64,000 bases of DNA from Takakia lepidozioides (taxonomy: Eukaryota > Plantae > Bryophyta), in assembly GCA_030704615.1 (NCBI GenBank), contig CM060734.1, positions 13,764,001-13,828,000 of the forward strand, read 5' to 3'. Shown one piece after another: positions 12,560-23,749 of this stretch; positions within the stretch are counted from its first letter, which is position 1; every line of letters begins with the position of its first letter. The position numbers were made by a program, and so were the translations under genes. The notes under the pieces were generated by a model, which was not told where the DNA came from, searched no databases, and was given only the letters and a program-made list of their open reading frames with translations.

Positions 12560-13155
12560 CACCTGAGCTGTAGCCATGGCAGCGAGCCTCTGCTCTAGCT
12601 GCTGAAGCCGGTTGGCCATGCCTTGGTCAACACCTGACCTCCGCGTCCTTGGCCACGTTGAGCTTGCCCTTGGCCTCGTGGCTGGCCACCTCGTCCTCTC
12701 TGGGCTGCTCCACCTCGCCCCGGCCATACCATTGTTCCCTTGGAACTGGCCTGGGCGCAACTCAGAATGCAAACCATAACACTGGGCCTCTCCATGTCTG
12801 TGCTTGCCACAATGCCCACACTGCAACTGTGCAGGCTGTGCATGTGCCGACCTTTGCCTCCCTCTGGGCAATCCTTCTTGACATGGGGTCCTCCACATGT
12901 CCAGCACACACATCCGCCCGTTGTTGGCCAGAAATGAAGGGGAGAGACCCCTGCATCTGAGGTCCTCTCTGCCTTCCCTGAGCTTCACATGAGCCCCCTT
13001 GTTGCCTTGAGCACGTGAGGTAGTGGGTTGGCTAGGAGCACCACTACCCCGTGGTGTCTCCTTAGCAAATCCCACCATGACCACTCGTTCCTCCAACATG
13101 TTGAGCTCTATCCACTCTGCCAGCAAAAACACATTTGCTAAGGTGGGTTGGGCCG
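12560..13155 (-). pseudogene. gag: gag C-terminal part with two zinc knuckles
   Basis: CWTCGGPHVKKDC and CGHCGKHRHGEAQC followed by an RGG-rich tract; frameshifted. Confidence 0.8.
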
Positions 13156-13159
13156 CTTG

Positions 13160-13580
13160 TGGCGAGCTGTGATAGGCTGTGGCCTGTGCCCTGTGGGGCT
13201 GTGACGGGATGTGTCAGGCTGGTGGCAAGAGGGGGAGGGGCTGTGAGGGCTTGTGAAGGCCGTGCCTGAGGCCTTTGAGGCGTGACGGGCGTGTGAGGGG
13301 CTATGACAGGCTGTGCCCAGGCCTTTGGGGCTGTGATGGGGCTGTGAGGGGCTGTGACAGGCCGTGCCTGAGGCCTTTGAGGCTGTGTGACGGGAGTGGG
13401 AGGGCTTTGTTTGTGACAGGCAGGTGCATGAGGCCTTGGGGGATTGTGCACGGGAATATTGTTCGTGAGGGGCTGGTGACAGGCCGTGCCTGAGGCCTTG
13501 GGGCTTGCTGTGTGACGGGCTGTGAGGGGCTGTGACAGGCAGTGCTGAGGCCTTTGGGGTTTGTGACGGCTATGACCAGT
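13160..13580 (+). repeat. GGCTGTGA-based tandem array (inverted part of the 5' UTR array)
   Basis: Repeated gctgtga/ggccgtgcctgaggccttt units; reverse complement of 15230-15985. Confidence 0.85.
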
Positions 13581-14539
13581 GAGCGTGTGGGGACATTTTG
13601 TGATGGTCTGCACCTGGTGGCCTACACGGCCCGTGTTGACCTGTGGATGGCATGTGCTGACTCGTGGAGGCACGGTGGACATGCCTAAGGACTGGATGTG
13701 GTATGGAAGGCCGAATTTTGAAGATCGTGGAGGGCGGTTTGAGGAGTTATTTTTAAGATATTCCCATGGTCATGCAAGTGAGGGAAAAGAGGAGAAGAGA
13801 GAGTGTTGGGGTGAGGGCCTGTGGGTTAGGCATTGCTTTAGCTTTTCTTCTCGTAGTTTCACACCTCTAATTAGGCCAAGACCTTTCCGTAGGTGGAGGC
13901 AAGGGTCAGTCCGGGTGTGGGCGGTGGGGTGTCCTTGCCAGGAGCAACACCGTGGAGTTGTTTTGGTGTCTTGGTGTGGGGGGAGTTCTTTGTCGCTCTG
14001 ATTTCTTGTGTTTGGATCCCATCCCCTACCATACCTGCATGCTTGATGATGCGCCATGCTAGTTTTGTGTGGGCGTTGTTTTATAGGTGATTGGTCCGGA
14101 TTTGATCACCGGCCAGTCCTTAGAGCATGCTGTCGATGGTGAGGCTGGGGTGATGACCAGCCAGACCATCATTGTTTTTCTCCTGTGGTGAGGTTGGAGG
14201 TGATGGACCAGCCAACCATAGGAGTGCTTGCGGTGGATGCAGGTACAGGTGTAGGCTATGTTAGGAAATTAGTATTCCAAACCATAAGCCGCAACAGGTT
14301 ATCTACCCGGTACCTTGTGGAGGAGGGGGTTTAGGGACATGTTCATGACCGGTTGAGTGTCAACACGGAGGTGCCACTAGTTGCTGGGGATAGTGCCGGT
14401 TTGAGCACTAGCGATACTAGTGGGTACACGAGACGAGGTGTGCGGTTTTAGGCCACCTCACCTCCTGTGTCTTCTACGGAAGGTTCTGATTCGGACTGTG
14501 AATCAGGAGGACTCATAAATGCAAGTTGTTTCTTTGCCC

Positions 14540-15225
14540 GTTGTGGGACACAATGGAGGAGATGTATGGAGCTACCAAGGGGCCACGAAGGTACTCTGGA
14601 GCGGTGGGCACCATCGAGTTGGATGATTTTATCCAAGATTTGATCGTTGGTGTGATTGCAGCAGCAAATGCGCAATCCACAACTATTTAGCCTTTCATGG
14701 CTGGAAAGGTTGGTGTTGTTTCAGCACCTTGAGGGGCCGCCTATGGATGATTACACATGAGTTCAGGCGGGGGCATGAGGTTGAGGTTGAGAGAGAGTGG
14801 AGGATTGTACTGGTCACCAGGACTATGTCTCCATCACTAGGGGCACTAGAGCCACAGAGGGGCAGTGGCTACACCTGCCGCTGCACCGGCAGCTTCGCAA
14901 GCAGCAGTGGACTGGTGGTACAGTAGCTACGACATCCACCCAAGCCACTACCGCACCAACACTAGCACCGTGCCTGCCTTCAACCCTGTTGTGGAGTTCT
15001 TCTTGAGAGTAGAGTTGAGAGGGAACTACCAAGGGGTTGCGGAAAGAGAAGTTGCGGAGCTTGCAAAGAGTTCCAACGGAAGCCGACCGAGAGCTGAGGG
15101 AGGCTTTCACTCGATGAGGCGCTTGATAAATGTAACCCAAGGGGTTACGGACGCTCAGGCAGCCAATTCTGGTATGGGATATTGGACAAGGAGCTGAGGA
15201 GAAGGGTGCGGGATTGCAACTTCCG
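14540..15225 (+). pseudogene. gag: gag N-terminal/capsid part, inverted relative to its element
   Basis: Stitched across indels: ELDDFIQ..DRWCD..., LFQHLEG, NPVVEFF, MRRLINVTQGVTDAQA, ELRRRVRD. This plausibly continues into QPTLANVFLLAE at ~13150 on the minus strand. Confidence 0.65.
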
Positions 15226-15229
15226 TCAC

Positions 15230-15985
15230 AGGCCCTCATAGACCCCGTCACAGCTTTTGCCACAGCCTGTCACAGCCCAAAGGCCTCAGGCACGGCCTTG
15301 TCACAGCCCCTCACAGCCCGTCACAGCCTCAAAGGCCTCAGGCACGGCCTGTCACAGCCCCCCTCACAGCCCATCACAGCCCAAAGGCCATGGGCACGGC
15401 TGTCATAGCACCCACAGCCCGTCACAGCCTCAAAGGCCTCAGGCACGGCCTGTCATAGCACCCACACCCCTCCTCACAGCCGAAACAGCCCGTCACGCCC
15501 CAAAGGGCACAGGGCACAGCTTGTCACATCTCGCCACAGCTGTTACAGCCCCTCATAGCCCGTCACAGCTTGCCACAGCCTGTCACAGCCCATCACAGCC
15601 CCAGAGGCCACAGGGCACAGCCTGTCACAGCCCCTCACAGCCCTCACAGCTCGCCACAGCCTGACACAGCCCCACAGGCCACAGGGCACAGCCTGTCACA
15701 GCCCAGCACAGCCCGTCACAGCCCCAGAGGCCACAGGGCACAACCTGTCACAGCCCCTCACAGCCCCTCACAGCTCGCCACAGCCTGACACAGCCCCACA
15801 GGCCACAGGGCACAGCCTGTCACAGCCCCGCACAGCCCGTCACAGCCCCACAGGCCACTTGGCACAGCTGTCACAGCCCCTCACAGCCCGTCACAGCTCG
15901 CCACAGCCTGACACAGCCCGTCACAGCCCCACAGGGCACAGGGCACAGCCTGTCACAGCCTGTCACAGCCCGTCACAGCCCCACC
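15230..15985 (-). repeat. (TCACAGCC)n array in the Gypsy 5' UTR
   Basis: Dozens of cacagcc units with higher-order repetition. Confidence 0.9.
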
Positions 15986-17498
15986 CATGGCCGCTCTGGC
16001 AGTTTAGCCATTTCTCCAAGGGGTTTAGCCACGCCAAGCTAGGGTTTGTGTCTCTTGGACTCTAGGCTTCTTTCCACCGAGCTATGGTGGCTGTGAGGAA
16101 ATCAGCAAGGTATCCTTGCTCTTTCGGCTCCCACACACCCCTAGTAGCCCTAAGCCATGAGGTGGTTGCCACAAACCAAGCCTTCTTTCTCACTTAGCCT
16201 CCCCAAACACGCCACTAAACTCAATGGCAAACAACCAAGCCCTGCTGGTTCCCAGCCCTTGTGAGCACTTATTCAAGCACTCTCATTGGCCATAGCATCT
16301 GTCTTAGAGCCTATTCCAGCCCTCTACACCTGTTGCTTCAAGAGTTGCGCTCCCTTCAAGCTTGAAGTTGAAACCCCAACTCACATATGCCCTACAAGTG
16401 CTTTTCTTTCACTCCAAGTGGAAACCAGCCCTAGACCTTCCGTTCTAGCTCTCTAAGGCTTGAAAACAAGAGCCTCAATGGGCTGAAGGCATGCTCCACA
16501 CATGCCCCACTCTCACCATAAGAGAATCAGCTCCTTTGCTTCATTCTTGCACCCACAAACCTGAAAATACAAGCTTCAGCAGGCTGAAAGCATGCTCTAC
16601 ATGCCCTACAGGGAAACCAGCCCCTTCCTTCCTTTCTTGCACTCCCACACCTAAAAGTGCAAGCCTTCACCAGGCTGATAGCATGCTCACACATACATTG
16701 CCCTCACATAAGGGAAGTCAGCCCTTCCCTCTTCCTTGCTTGCCCTCCAAGCTTGAAGATGGAAGCTTCAATGAGCTGAATACATGCTCCACACATGCAA
16801 CCTCTTCACACAAGAGATATCAGCCCCTATCTTGGCTCCTTGGCTCCTTGATGCTCTCTAAGACAAGACTAAGCACTCCACAGCCTTTGCCAAGCTCTTG
16901 AAACCCTAAGGCTTACATTTCCAGCCACAAGACACTTCTCTGTGGTGCCAGAGCTCTTCTTCCAAGCTCTGAAACCCAGGTGCACATTCCATGGCCTTGC
17001 CGCACCTCTTAGCTCCTGTTTCTAGCCCTGCTCTTGCCATGACAAGAGCCCTCTCAATGCTGAAGCTCGAGATTGAAACCCAATCTCACTACTCCACAAA
17101 GTGCATTGATTTGCCCCAAGCCAAATCAGCCCTTTCGCTTGGTCTTGCAATCCTTCACACAATGAAAGCTCGCATTCCCAGGTCCAGTTCTCAGCTTTGC
17201 ACCCCAAAGCCACTATAACCTGCTCTTGACTGGTCCTCTTCCCAATCGTGCTTGCTCATGCATGTACACAATCTGAGACCATCAAGGTGCTCTGGAATTA
17301 CCTGCAACATGGTGCTTTCATCTCTGAAGCTGAAGAGCGAATGCCAAGGTCTACCACCTCGTAACCCACATCGCCTCCGCTTCTAACAACCAAGAGCTCC
17401 ATGGTGCTCCTTGCATAACAACTTGGTTTCTCTCATTCTCAAGCAAAAACCACAAGTGCTACAACTAACTCGTATCTAGCACTCATAGATACGAGCTG

Positions 17499-17510
17499 AT
17501 CTTTCTCGAG
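17499..17510 (-). promoter_or_regulatory. Self-priming PBS
   Basis: CTCGAGAAAGAT directly follows B1 and is the exact complement of ATCTTTCTCGAG inside B1 (17676-17687); no TGG tRNA PBS. Confidence 0.85.
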
Positions 17511-17837
17511 TGATAAAGAAGAAGAATACAAGCACAAGCTCATGCGAGCTCACAAAGCTGAAGCATAAACTCATGCATATATAACCTCATCACTCAAATA
17601 CAAGTCAAGCCAAGTGCACCCCACGCCATGGGGAATCCACACTATGGCGCCATAGCTAGGCGCGGTGAGGCTCAACTCGAGAAAGATGAGCCTTCCGCGC
17701 TTGCCGTGAAGATAACCACTCCAGGGCCTAAATCTGCCTTGACCCCTGGATTGACACTTGGGCCAATCCCAAATGTCAATATGTAAAAGCTAGCTATTTC
17801 CTAGCTAGTTTCACACTAGTGGTAAAATAACTTGACA
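17511..17837 (-). repeat. 5' terminal repeat B1 (327 bp)
   Basis: Near-identical to 5986-6312; starts TGTCA, ends TTATCA. Confidence 0.95.
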
Positions 17838-20140
17838 GCCATGTGGCCACCGTGTGGTCGGGAGGTCTACCCTAGTAGGTGCCTGCATTGATGAGGGAGA
17901 ACCAACGTGTTTCAGGTCTATTTAGGAGGAGTTTGTGGATGTGCCAGATGGCATGGTTATGTTGGGTGACTCTGAGGCCATGAATGATAGGGTGTGTGCA
18001 GAGGCTAAGCAAATGTAGCCATGTATCCCGGGTCGGGTGTGTGTTCGCACATAGCGGGCAATTTGGGGAGGGATAGAAACGTGGCCAGAAGGTATGTTTA
18101 CGTTGGTGGCCCATGTATTGGGCATATCTGAATTTGAGAGTCTGCCTGATTTGGGCATCTGTGGCGATATTGGTGCGCCAGAAATGGTTAGAAAATTTAT
18201 GATGAAGAACCTCCGAGTGTGTCCATTTCTGGACATGTAGCTTGGTGAGGCTGGCGGAGGTCGAGGCTTGTTTATGGGCTTCGCGGGTAAGGGTGGTTGA
18301 GAGATTGCGGATAAGGCGAGGCAAATTGGGACCTGGAACTGGGTGGATGAACCAGAAGGGGTGGGTATGGGCAACGTGTATGGGTTCTGACGTAGGGTTC
18401 ACCTCGGGACAGGTAGCCCCTTTCTGGGCAAAGAAGTCGGCCATGTCGTTACCGGTGATGCCGGTGTGGGAGCGGACTTTAATGAAGTATATGGGTTGGT
18501 CTAAGGAGATGGCAATATGGGCAATGGCAGATATAAGGTTCCTGTCGGAGTGGTAATGGTAAGAGGAAGGGCGGGAGAGGTGGTTATGGATGAGAAAGAG
18601 TGAGGTGAGGCTGTCGGTAAAGATGTAGTGTGGGGGGAAAATGAGGAGAGTTGGGTAATGGCATCATGAATGGCCATGAGCTCGGCTCGGAGGATGGTGG
18701 CCGGGCCTGGAAGACGTAGGGCGATTCCTTGGTTGGTAGCGGCATGGTATATGCCGTAACCAGCCCGGGGACCAGCAATGAGGGAGCCATCCGTGTAGTG
18801 GGAGTGGGCAGGTGGGTATTTGAGAGGAAGTTTCGTGCGAGAAACTAGCGGATCCGTGGGGATAGTTGGGATAGGGGGGATGGGTGGGCGGGAAAGCATT
18901 TGACACCACGACTTAGTTGCTTTAATGTGAGGAATGGGACGCATGGGGCGAGGGGTGCCGGGGAGAGTAGGGGGGGTCGGGAAAAAAGTGGCCTTCAGGC
19001 CATGCGTCTATGTGAGAAGGTGGAGAAGGGCGATCTGGGAAGGTATTGGGTATGATGGTAGAGAAGGTGGGGCGGTGGACCAGCAGAATGAGGGTTAAGG
19101 TAGGTTCTTTGTGTTGTAGATATTTGGGGAGGGGCTGGGTGCGCGAATATTGGAGTTGCCCTGGGTCAATAGCGGCTAGGGGCGTGACTCCGGGCGGCAG
19201 TTGGTGGAGGGGGTGTGGACCATTGGGCATTTGTTGGTGAGAGAGGAGGAGGATGGTGGCATTGGAGGGGGATGACTATGCCGCGAGCCGTGCCCATTGA
19301 AGTGCGTCTTGTAGATGGGGCCCTTGGGGGGGGTGTGCAAGGCCATGGCTAGTCCAGGTATCCTGGGATGCAGAGCCGATGGCTCCAAAGAAATAGTCTC
19401 TAGGGTGAGGGCTAGAGTATGACGAAAGCGTCATAGGGCATGTAAGCGGGCTAGAATAGTAGGAGTGTGTAATGTGAAAGGATTCTATAAGGAGTATTAG
19501 GATGTCCGGAGGAAGAGTAGTATGTGACTGGGCTAGAGATAGCTTGATAAGGGAGCGGGGTTTTTTGAGGGGGGTATCGGCTAGATACCGTTCAGCTAGC
19601 CAGCAGACTTCTGTTGCAAAGTCCTGCCGTGTTGGCGAGAATTGACTAGGTGAGGGGGAAGAGGTAGAAAATCTATGCCAGAGCCAAGAGAGGCGGTCGT
19701 TTGGAATAAGGCCTATGTAGCGGCCGTTGGAGGCGTATAATTTGGACATGCGGGATCCTGTGCAAATGATGGGGGTGGTGTAGGAGATGTCTTTATTGGG
19801 GTTGCATTCAGCAATGCAAACATGCATTATGAGCAAGAAGGGGGGTATGGACGTATCGGGCGTCTATTGGTTGGGGTGGGGAGGTGTGTTGCTGATGGAT
19901 ATGGGTTAGGTAGTTGGTATTGGTGGATTTATGAAAAGCAATGAGGAGGTCAAGGTTATGGTCTGGGTTGCAATCATCGTGAGATCCGAATAGGTCATCC
20001 TCCGATTGCCAGATGTTGTCTTCCGATGGGTATCCGGCCCACTTGCAGAGATAGAAGCTATCCAGACATAGGGCGCCGAATTCGTCAGTTGTGGTTTGGG
20101 TTCTGATTCCGAGGATGTCTTTGATGGTGAAGGCTTCCGG
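17838..20140 (-). pseudogene. Non-LTR ORF: chromodomain, PCIF1-like segment, RNase H, CCHC finger
   Basis: FTIKDILGIR...YLCKWAGYPSEDNIWQSEDDL; YSSPL...YSS...RDYFFGA; YTDGS...RAELMAI...FTDS...KVRSHTGITGNDMAD; CPLC...HLLSLC...QHN. Stops and frameshifts present. Confidence 0.82.
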
Positions 20141-20269
20141 GTTGTCTGGGTTCGTATATTGAAGAATGAGTGGGGGGGTTGAGCAAGTAGGGGATATCCA
20201 AGTAGGGGGGGGGGGGGGGGGGGGGCGGGGAGGGTTAGGTTTGGGGAGGTTTGCTCAAGCAATAGATAA

Positions 20270-22495
20270 GACTATCCTTAAAGAACCTCTCAAATAACTC
20301 TCAAGAGCCCTCAAATTATTGCCATGAACTTCTGAAATTTGTCCTCAATCAGCCCCTAACATAGACCCACCGAGGTTCAAGAAGTTCGCAAACTTGGACT
20401 CTAAACAGTCCACCAAAAGGCCTAAGGCGCCCGCCAATTAGTGGCCTCCACGCTCTCTAACCAGCCCCCACAATGGCTCTACAAGCCTGCCCAATGTGGC
20501 CTCCAAGAGTCCTCCAAACAGCCCTTAAGAAGCTCCTCAAATCTGCCAAGTATTGGCCTTCAAGGACCTCCGACAGCCCTTAAGAAGCTCCTCAAATCTG
20601 CCAAGTATTTGCCCCCAAGGACCTCCAATAGTCCCCCAAAGTGCTCTTAGAAAACTCCAAAAATATCCATAGTCAGTCGATTTTTCATCCGTCACTGACC
20701 AAATTTCATCCAAAACCACGATTTCTCATCCGCAGGTCCGATACTTCATCCGCCGCGATAGTTCATCCGTCGGTGTGATATTTCATCCACTGGCGCGATT
20801 TCATCCGCTGGCGCAGTTTCATCCGTCGCCGCAATTTTTCATCCGATGGCACGATAGTTCATCCGCTGCCACGATTTCATCCGCTGACGCAGTCTCATCC
20901 GTCGCCGCGATTTTTCATCCGATAGCGCGATAGTTCATCCACTGCCACGATTTCATCCGCTGATGCAGTTTCATCCGTCGCCGCAATTTTTCATCCGATA
21001 GTGCGATAGTTCATCCACTGACGAGATTTCATCCGTCGCCGTGATTTTTCATCCAATAGTGCGATAGTTCATCCTCCGGCACAGTTTCATCCATTGCAAC
21101 CAATTCTCATCCAGGAGTGCCAATTTTCATCCACTGGCTCAATAGTTCATCCGATTGGACAATGGTGGTCTCCCAACTCTGGGGCAATGTTCCCACGCGT
21201 TCCTATGCGTTCCCATGAGTTCCCAAGCGTTCTCACGCGTTCCCTTGAGTTCCCAAAGAGTTCACACATGTTCCCAAGCGTTCCCACGCGTTCCTAAGCT
21301 AGGGCTTGCGCCGCTTTGCCTCTACGATTGCTGCAACGAGCTATGGCTTCTATGGAGCAACCAGAGGTGCTGTTCTTGGTTTCTTGAGCATCAATAGGCC
21401 ACCAAGAGTGCCTCTAATTCCCTGAGCAAGCTATTTGCCACACAACAAGCTCTCTTTCTCTATGGAACTTATTGAAACAAGCACAGAACAAGCTATTGAG
21501 CTTTCTATGGCATACCCTCTTCTAGCCATCGCATGCACTCATAATGTTTCTTTCTATGGCCATAGTGCACCTCTTAGAGCTCATAATCCAGCCCTGCACT
21601 TGCCACTTCCATAGACATGCTCTTCCCAAGCTTGGGATTGAAACCCCAACTCAAAGCATGCTCTACAAATACACTATTCTGCCCCAAAGAGAAATCAAAT
21701 GTCTACCTCCACTCATAGCTCTCATAAGCTTGAAGTTGAAGACTCCCACAAGCTGAAACCATGCTCCACACATGCACCGCTTGCTTCCTTAACACCCGAG
21801 CTCTTCTTGAACTCTTCAAACCCTCCACTTATAGCTCTCATAAGCTTGAAGTTGAAGACTCCCACAAGCTGAAACCATGCTCCACACATGCACCGCTTGC
21901 TTCTTTAACACCCGAACTCTTCTTGAACTCCTCAAACCCTGCAACACTTGCAGAACAAGAGCTTCTTCACAAGCTCTCAAACTTTTCAATGGGGCTCTCC
22001 TTGAATACATAAACACCACAAGGCTTTCTTCTTGCAAACCCTGCAATACCTTGTAACTTAAGAGCTATCTACCAAACTCTCTTCCACACACAAGTGCTAA
22101 CTATGCTAACACCTTGCACTCATAGATGTAAGCAGGTCTTCTTCTAATGATACGGAAATGGTGAAAAGAGGAGAAACCACTCTATCATGTTATATAAGTC
22201 AAGCCAATGACACCTTTGCTAAAGGACTCCACCATACAGACCTCACCCACTCTCCATCTCAAGTATTAGAGCTATGGCGGCGAGAGAGGCCTCGGGAGGC
22301 TCGACTAGAAGAAGACGAGCCTGCCTACGTCTCACGTGGAGATAACCTCCCCACGTCCCAAGTGAGGTTCGCCACCTCACTTGGCACATGGAACCAAATG
22401 AAGTCCCAATGCCAACAAAATACAAATATAAATGTATAATGTCCTAATTAGTTAGAAATAATTATTTCTAACTAATCACAAATAAAACCATGACA
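20270..22495 (-). mobile_element. 5' end (B repeat, PBS, 5' UTR) of a third, divergent member of the split-repeat Gypsy family
   Basis: B at 22148-22495 starts TGTCA and ends TATCA; self-complementary PBS at 22136-22147; UTR 21300-22135 resembles 16030-17500; abuts an unrelated integrase. Confidence 0.78.
20680..21295. repeat. TTCATCC array (~19-20 nt period) followed by a GTTCCC array
   Basis: More than 20 ttcatcc cores at 20680-21152; gttccc units at 21189-21295. Confidence 0.9.
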
Positions 22496-22880
22496 CCACC
22501 AACAAGATACTATGCACTATCCTTGTCAAGATAGTCAACACCAACAGAACTGATTGGGATATAAAGCTATTGACAGCTTTGTGGTCTTCATAGAAGGTCA
22601 CCACCAAGTATACACCATTCCAATTAGTCTATGGCATGGAAGCTTTACTTCCAGTGGAATTCTTATTACCTACCATGAGAACTGAATGGGGAAGGAGAAT
22701 GGAATTGGAGGATTCAAGTAGAGTAAGGAAACATGAACTATATCATGTGGAAGAAGTACGTGCTGATGCAGCAGATAACATGGCCAGAATTCAGATGAAA
22801 AAGAAGAATCGGTTTGATGAAGGCAAACTCAAGACTTTTAATATGGGTGATTTGTTGGGAGCTTGCACCTACATGAAGTC
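22496..22880 (+). pseudogene. Ty3/Gypsy (non-chromovirus-like) integrase C-terminal remnant
   Basis: TNKILCTILVKIVNTNRTDWDIKLLTALW...TPFQLVYGMEALLPVEF...FNMGDL. Confidence 0.8.
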
Positions 22881-23749
22881 ACGACACCAACCTTAGTTTC
22901 ATTTTCAATCTACTGCCGAGGTTATGGAGGCCCTTGAGATAATCTCTCCCTCCCCCTCTTCCGACTATCTCTCTCTGTGGGGCAGGAACAAGGAGTGCAA
23001 CAAAACCTTGGTATAAACAAATGTTCAGGCTTTCCAGATTTCTTCTATAAAGCCTTTCACACAGGCATGAATTTGCTGTATGGGCAGCCCTCAATTCGGA
23101 CCCAAGAGGGTCAGGATTTAGGCTCGGCCTTCAGATTTTCAAAGTTTGCGAGCAGAGGTGAAGAGTCCATGTTTTGATGATCCTGAAGAGGGTCTACCCA
23201 CTTCATTTTCAGATGACAGTCCTCTATGCACTTGGAAGATCTAGAACTTATTTGTCTTTCAAGCTCAATCCTTGTCTTGGAAGTTGTCCTTTGAGTTCTT
23301 GTCTTTGGAGCTTAGTTTGCACCTTGGAAATGTAGTCCTTAAGCTAAAAGGTCAGTCCATATGCTAGAGGATGAGTTCAGTTTTGCAAGTTTGATTCAAG
23401 TGTAGGAATGATCGTCCATTTTTGGTAGTCTAGTTTGTTTCTTGGAAACATAGTCCTATTATTGGAAGTCATGTCAGTTGCTGGGAAACACTATCCTTTT
23501 TTTGGAAGTCAAGTCTGTAGCATGGAAACATTGTCCATTTTTTTGGAAGTTGCGTTAGTCCAACAGTACTCTAGTCCTTTCTAAATAGGACTTCATTCCA
23601 CTTTAGGAGTGAGGTCCTATTGGAGGAAGGTCAATCCTTCATCTGGAATATGTGAACTTTCTATGGACAATTATTCCATTGGATAGAAAGTCATTCCTTT
23701 TGCTGTACGTTTGGTCCTTTGTCTCATTAATCAGCTTATGTTTGTTCAG

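Larger units (their letters stand above)
5808..17837 (-). mobile_element. Full-length Ty3/Gypsy element with DNA methyltransferase and PHD, split terminal repeats (copy 2)
   Basis: TGTC...GACA termini; 4-bp TSD GCCA at 5804-5807 and 17838-17841; host ORF restored on removal; gag, PR, DNMT, RT, RH, IN and PHD all recognisable. Confidence 0.95.
4195..20262 (-). mobile_element. 5'-truncated non-LTR retrotransposon (RNase H + RLE, Dualen/RandI-like), interrupted by a solo LTR and the 12-kb Gypsy
   Basis: The frame rejoins across the Gypsy insertion (...RPPDHTVATW|LLPCSCRP...). The 3' end has a short (CT)n tail at ~4195-4203. RT is absent and no TSD was found. Confidence 0.8.

Noticed and set aside
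13062-16065. ORF-track proteins rich in HSPSQPVTA (also 4807-5169)
   Set aside because: Translations of CACAGCC arrays.
5808-17837. DIRS/Ngaro tyrosine-recombinase element, suggested by the split repeats
   Set aside because: It encodes a protease and DDE integrase, has a TSD, and shows no YR motifs.
20680-21152. CRISPR-like repeat/spacer look
   Set aside because: 7-nt core with ~12-nt spacers that are themselves repeated; eukaryotic TE UTR; no cas genes.
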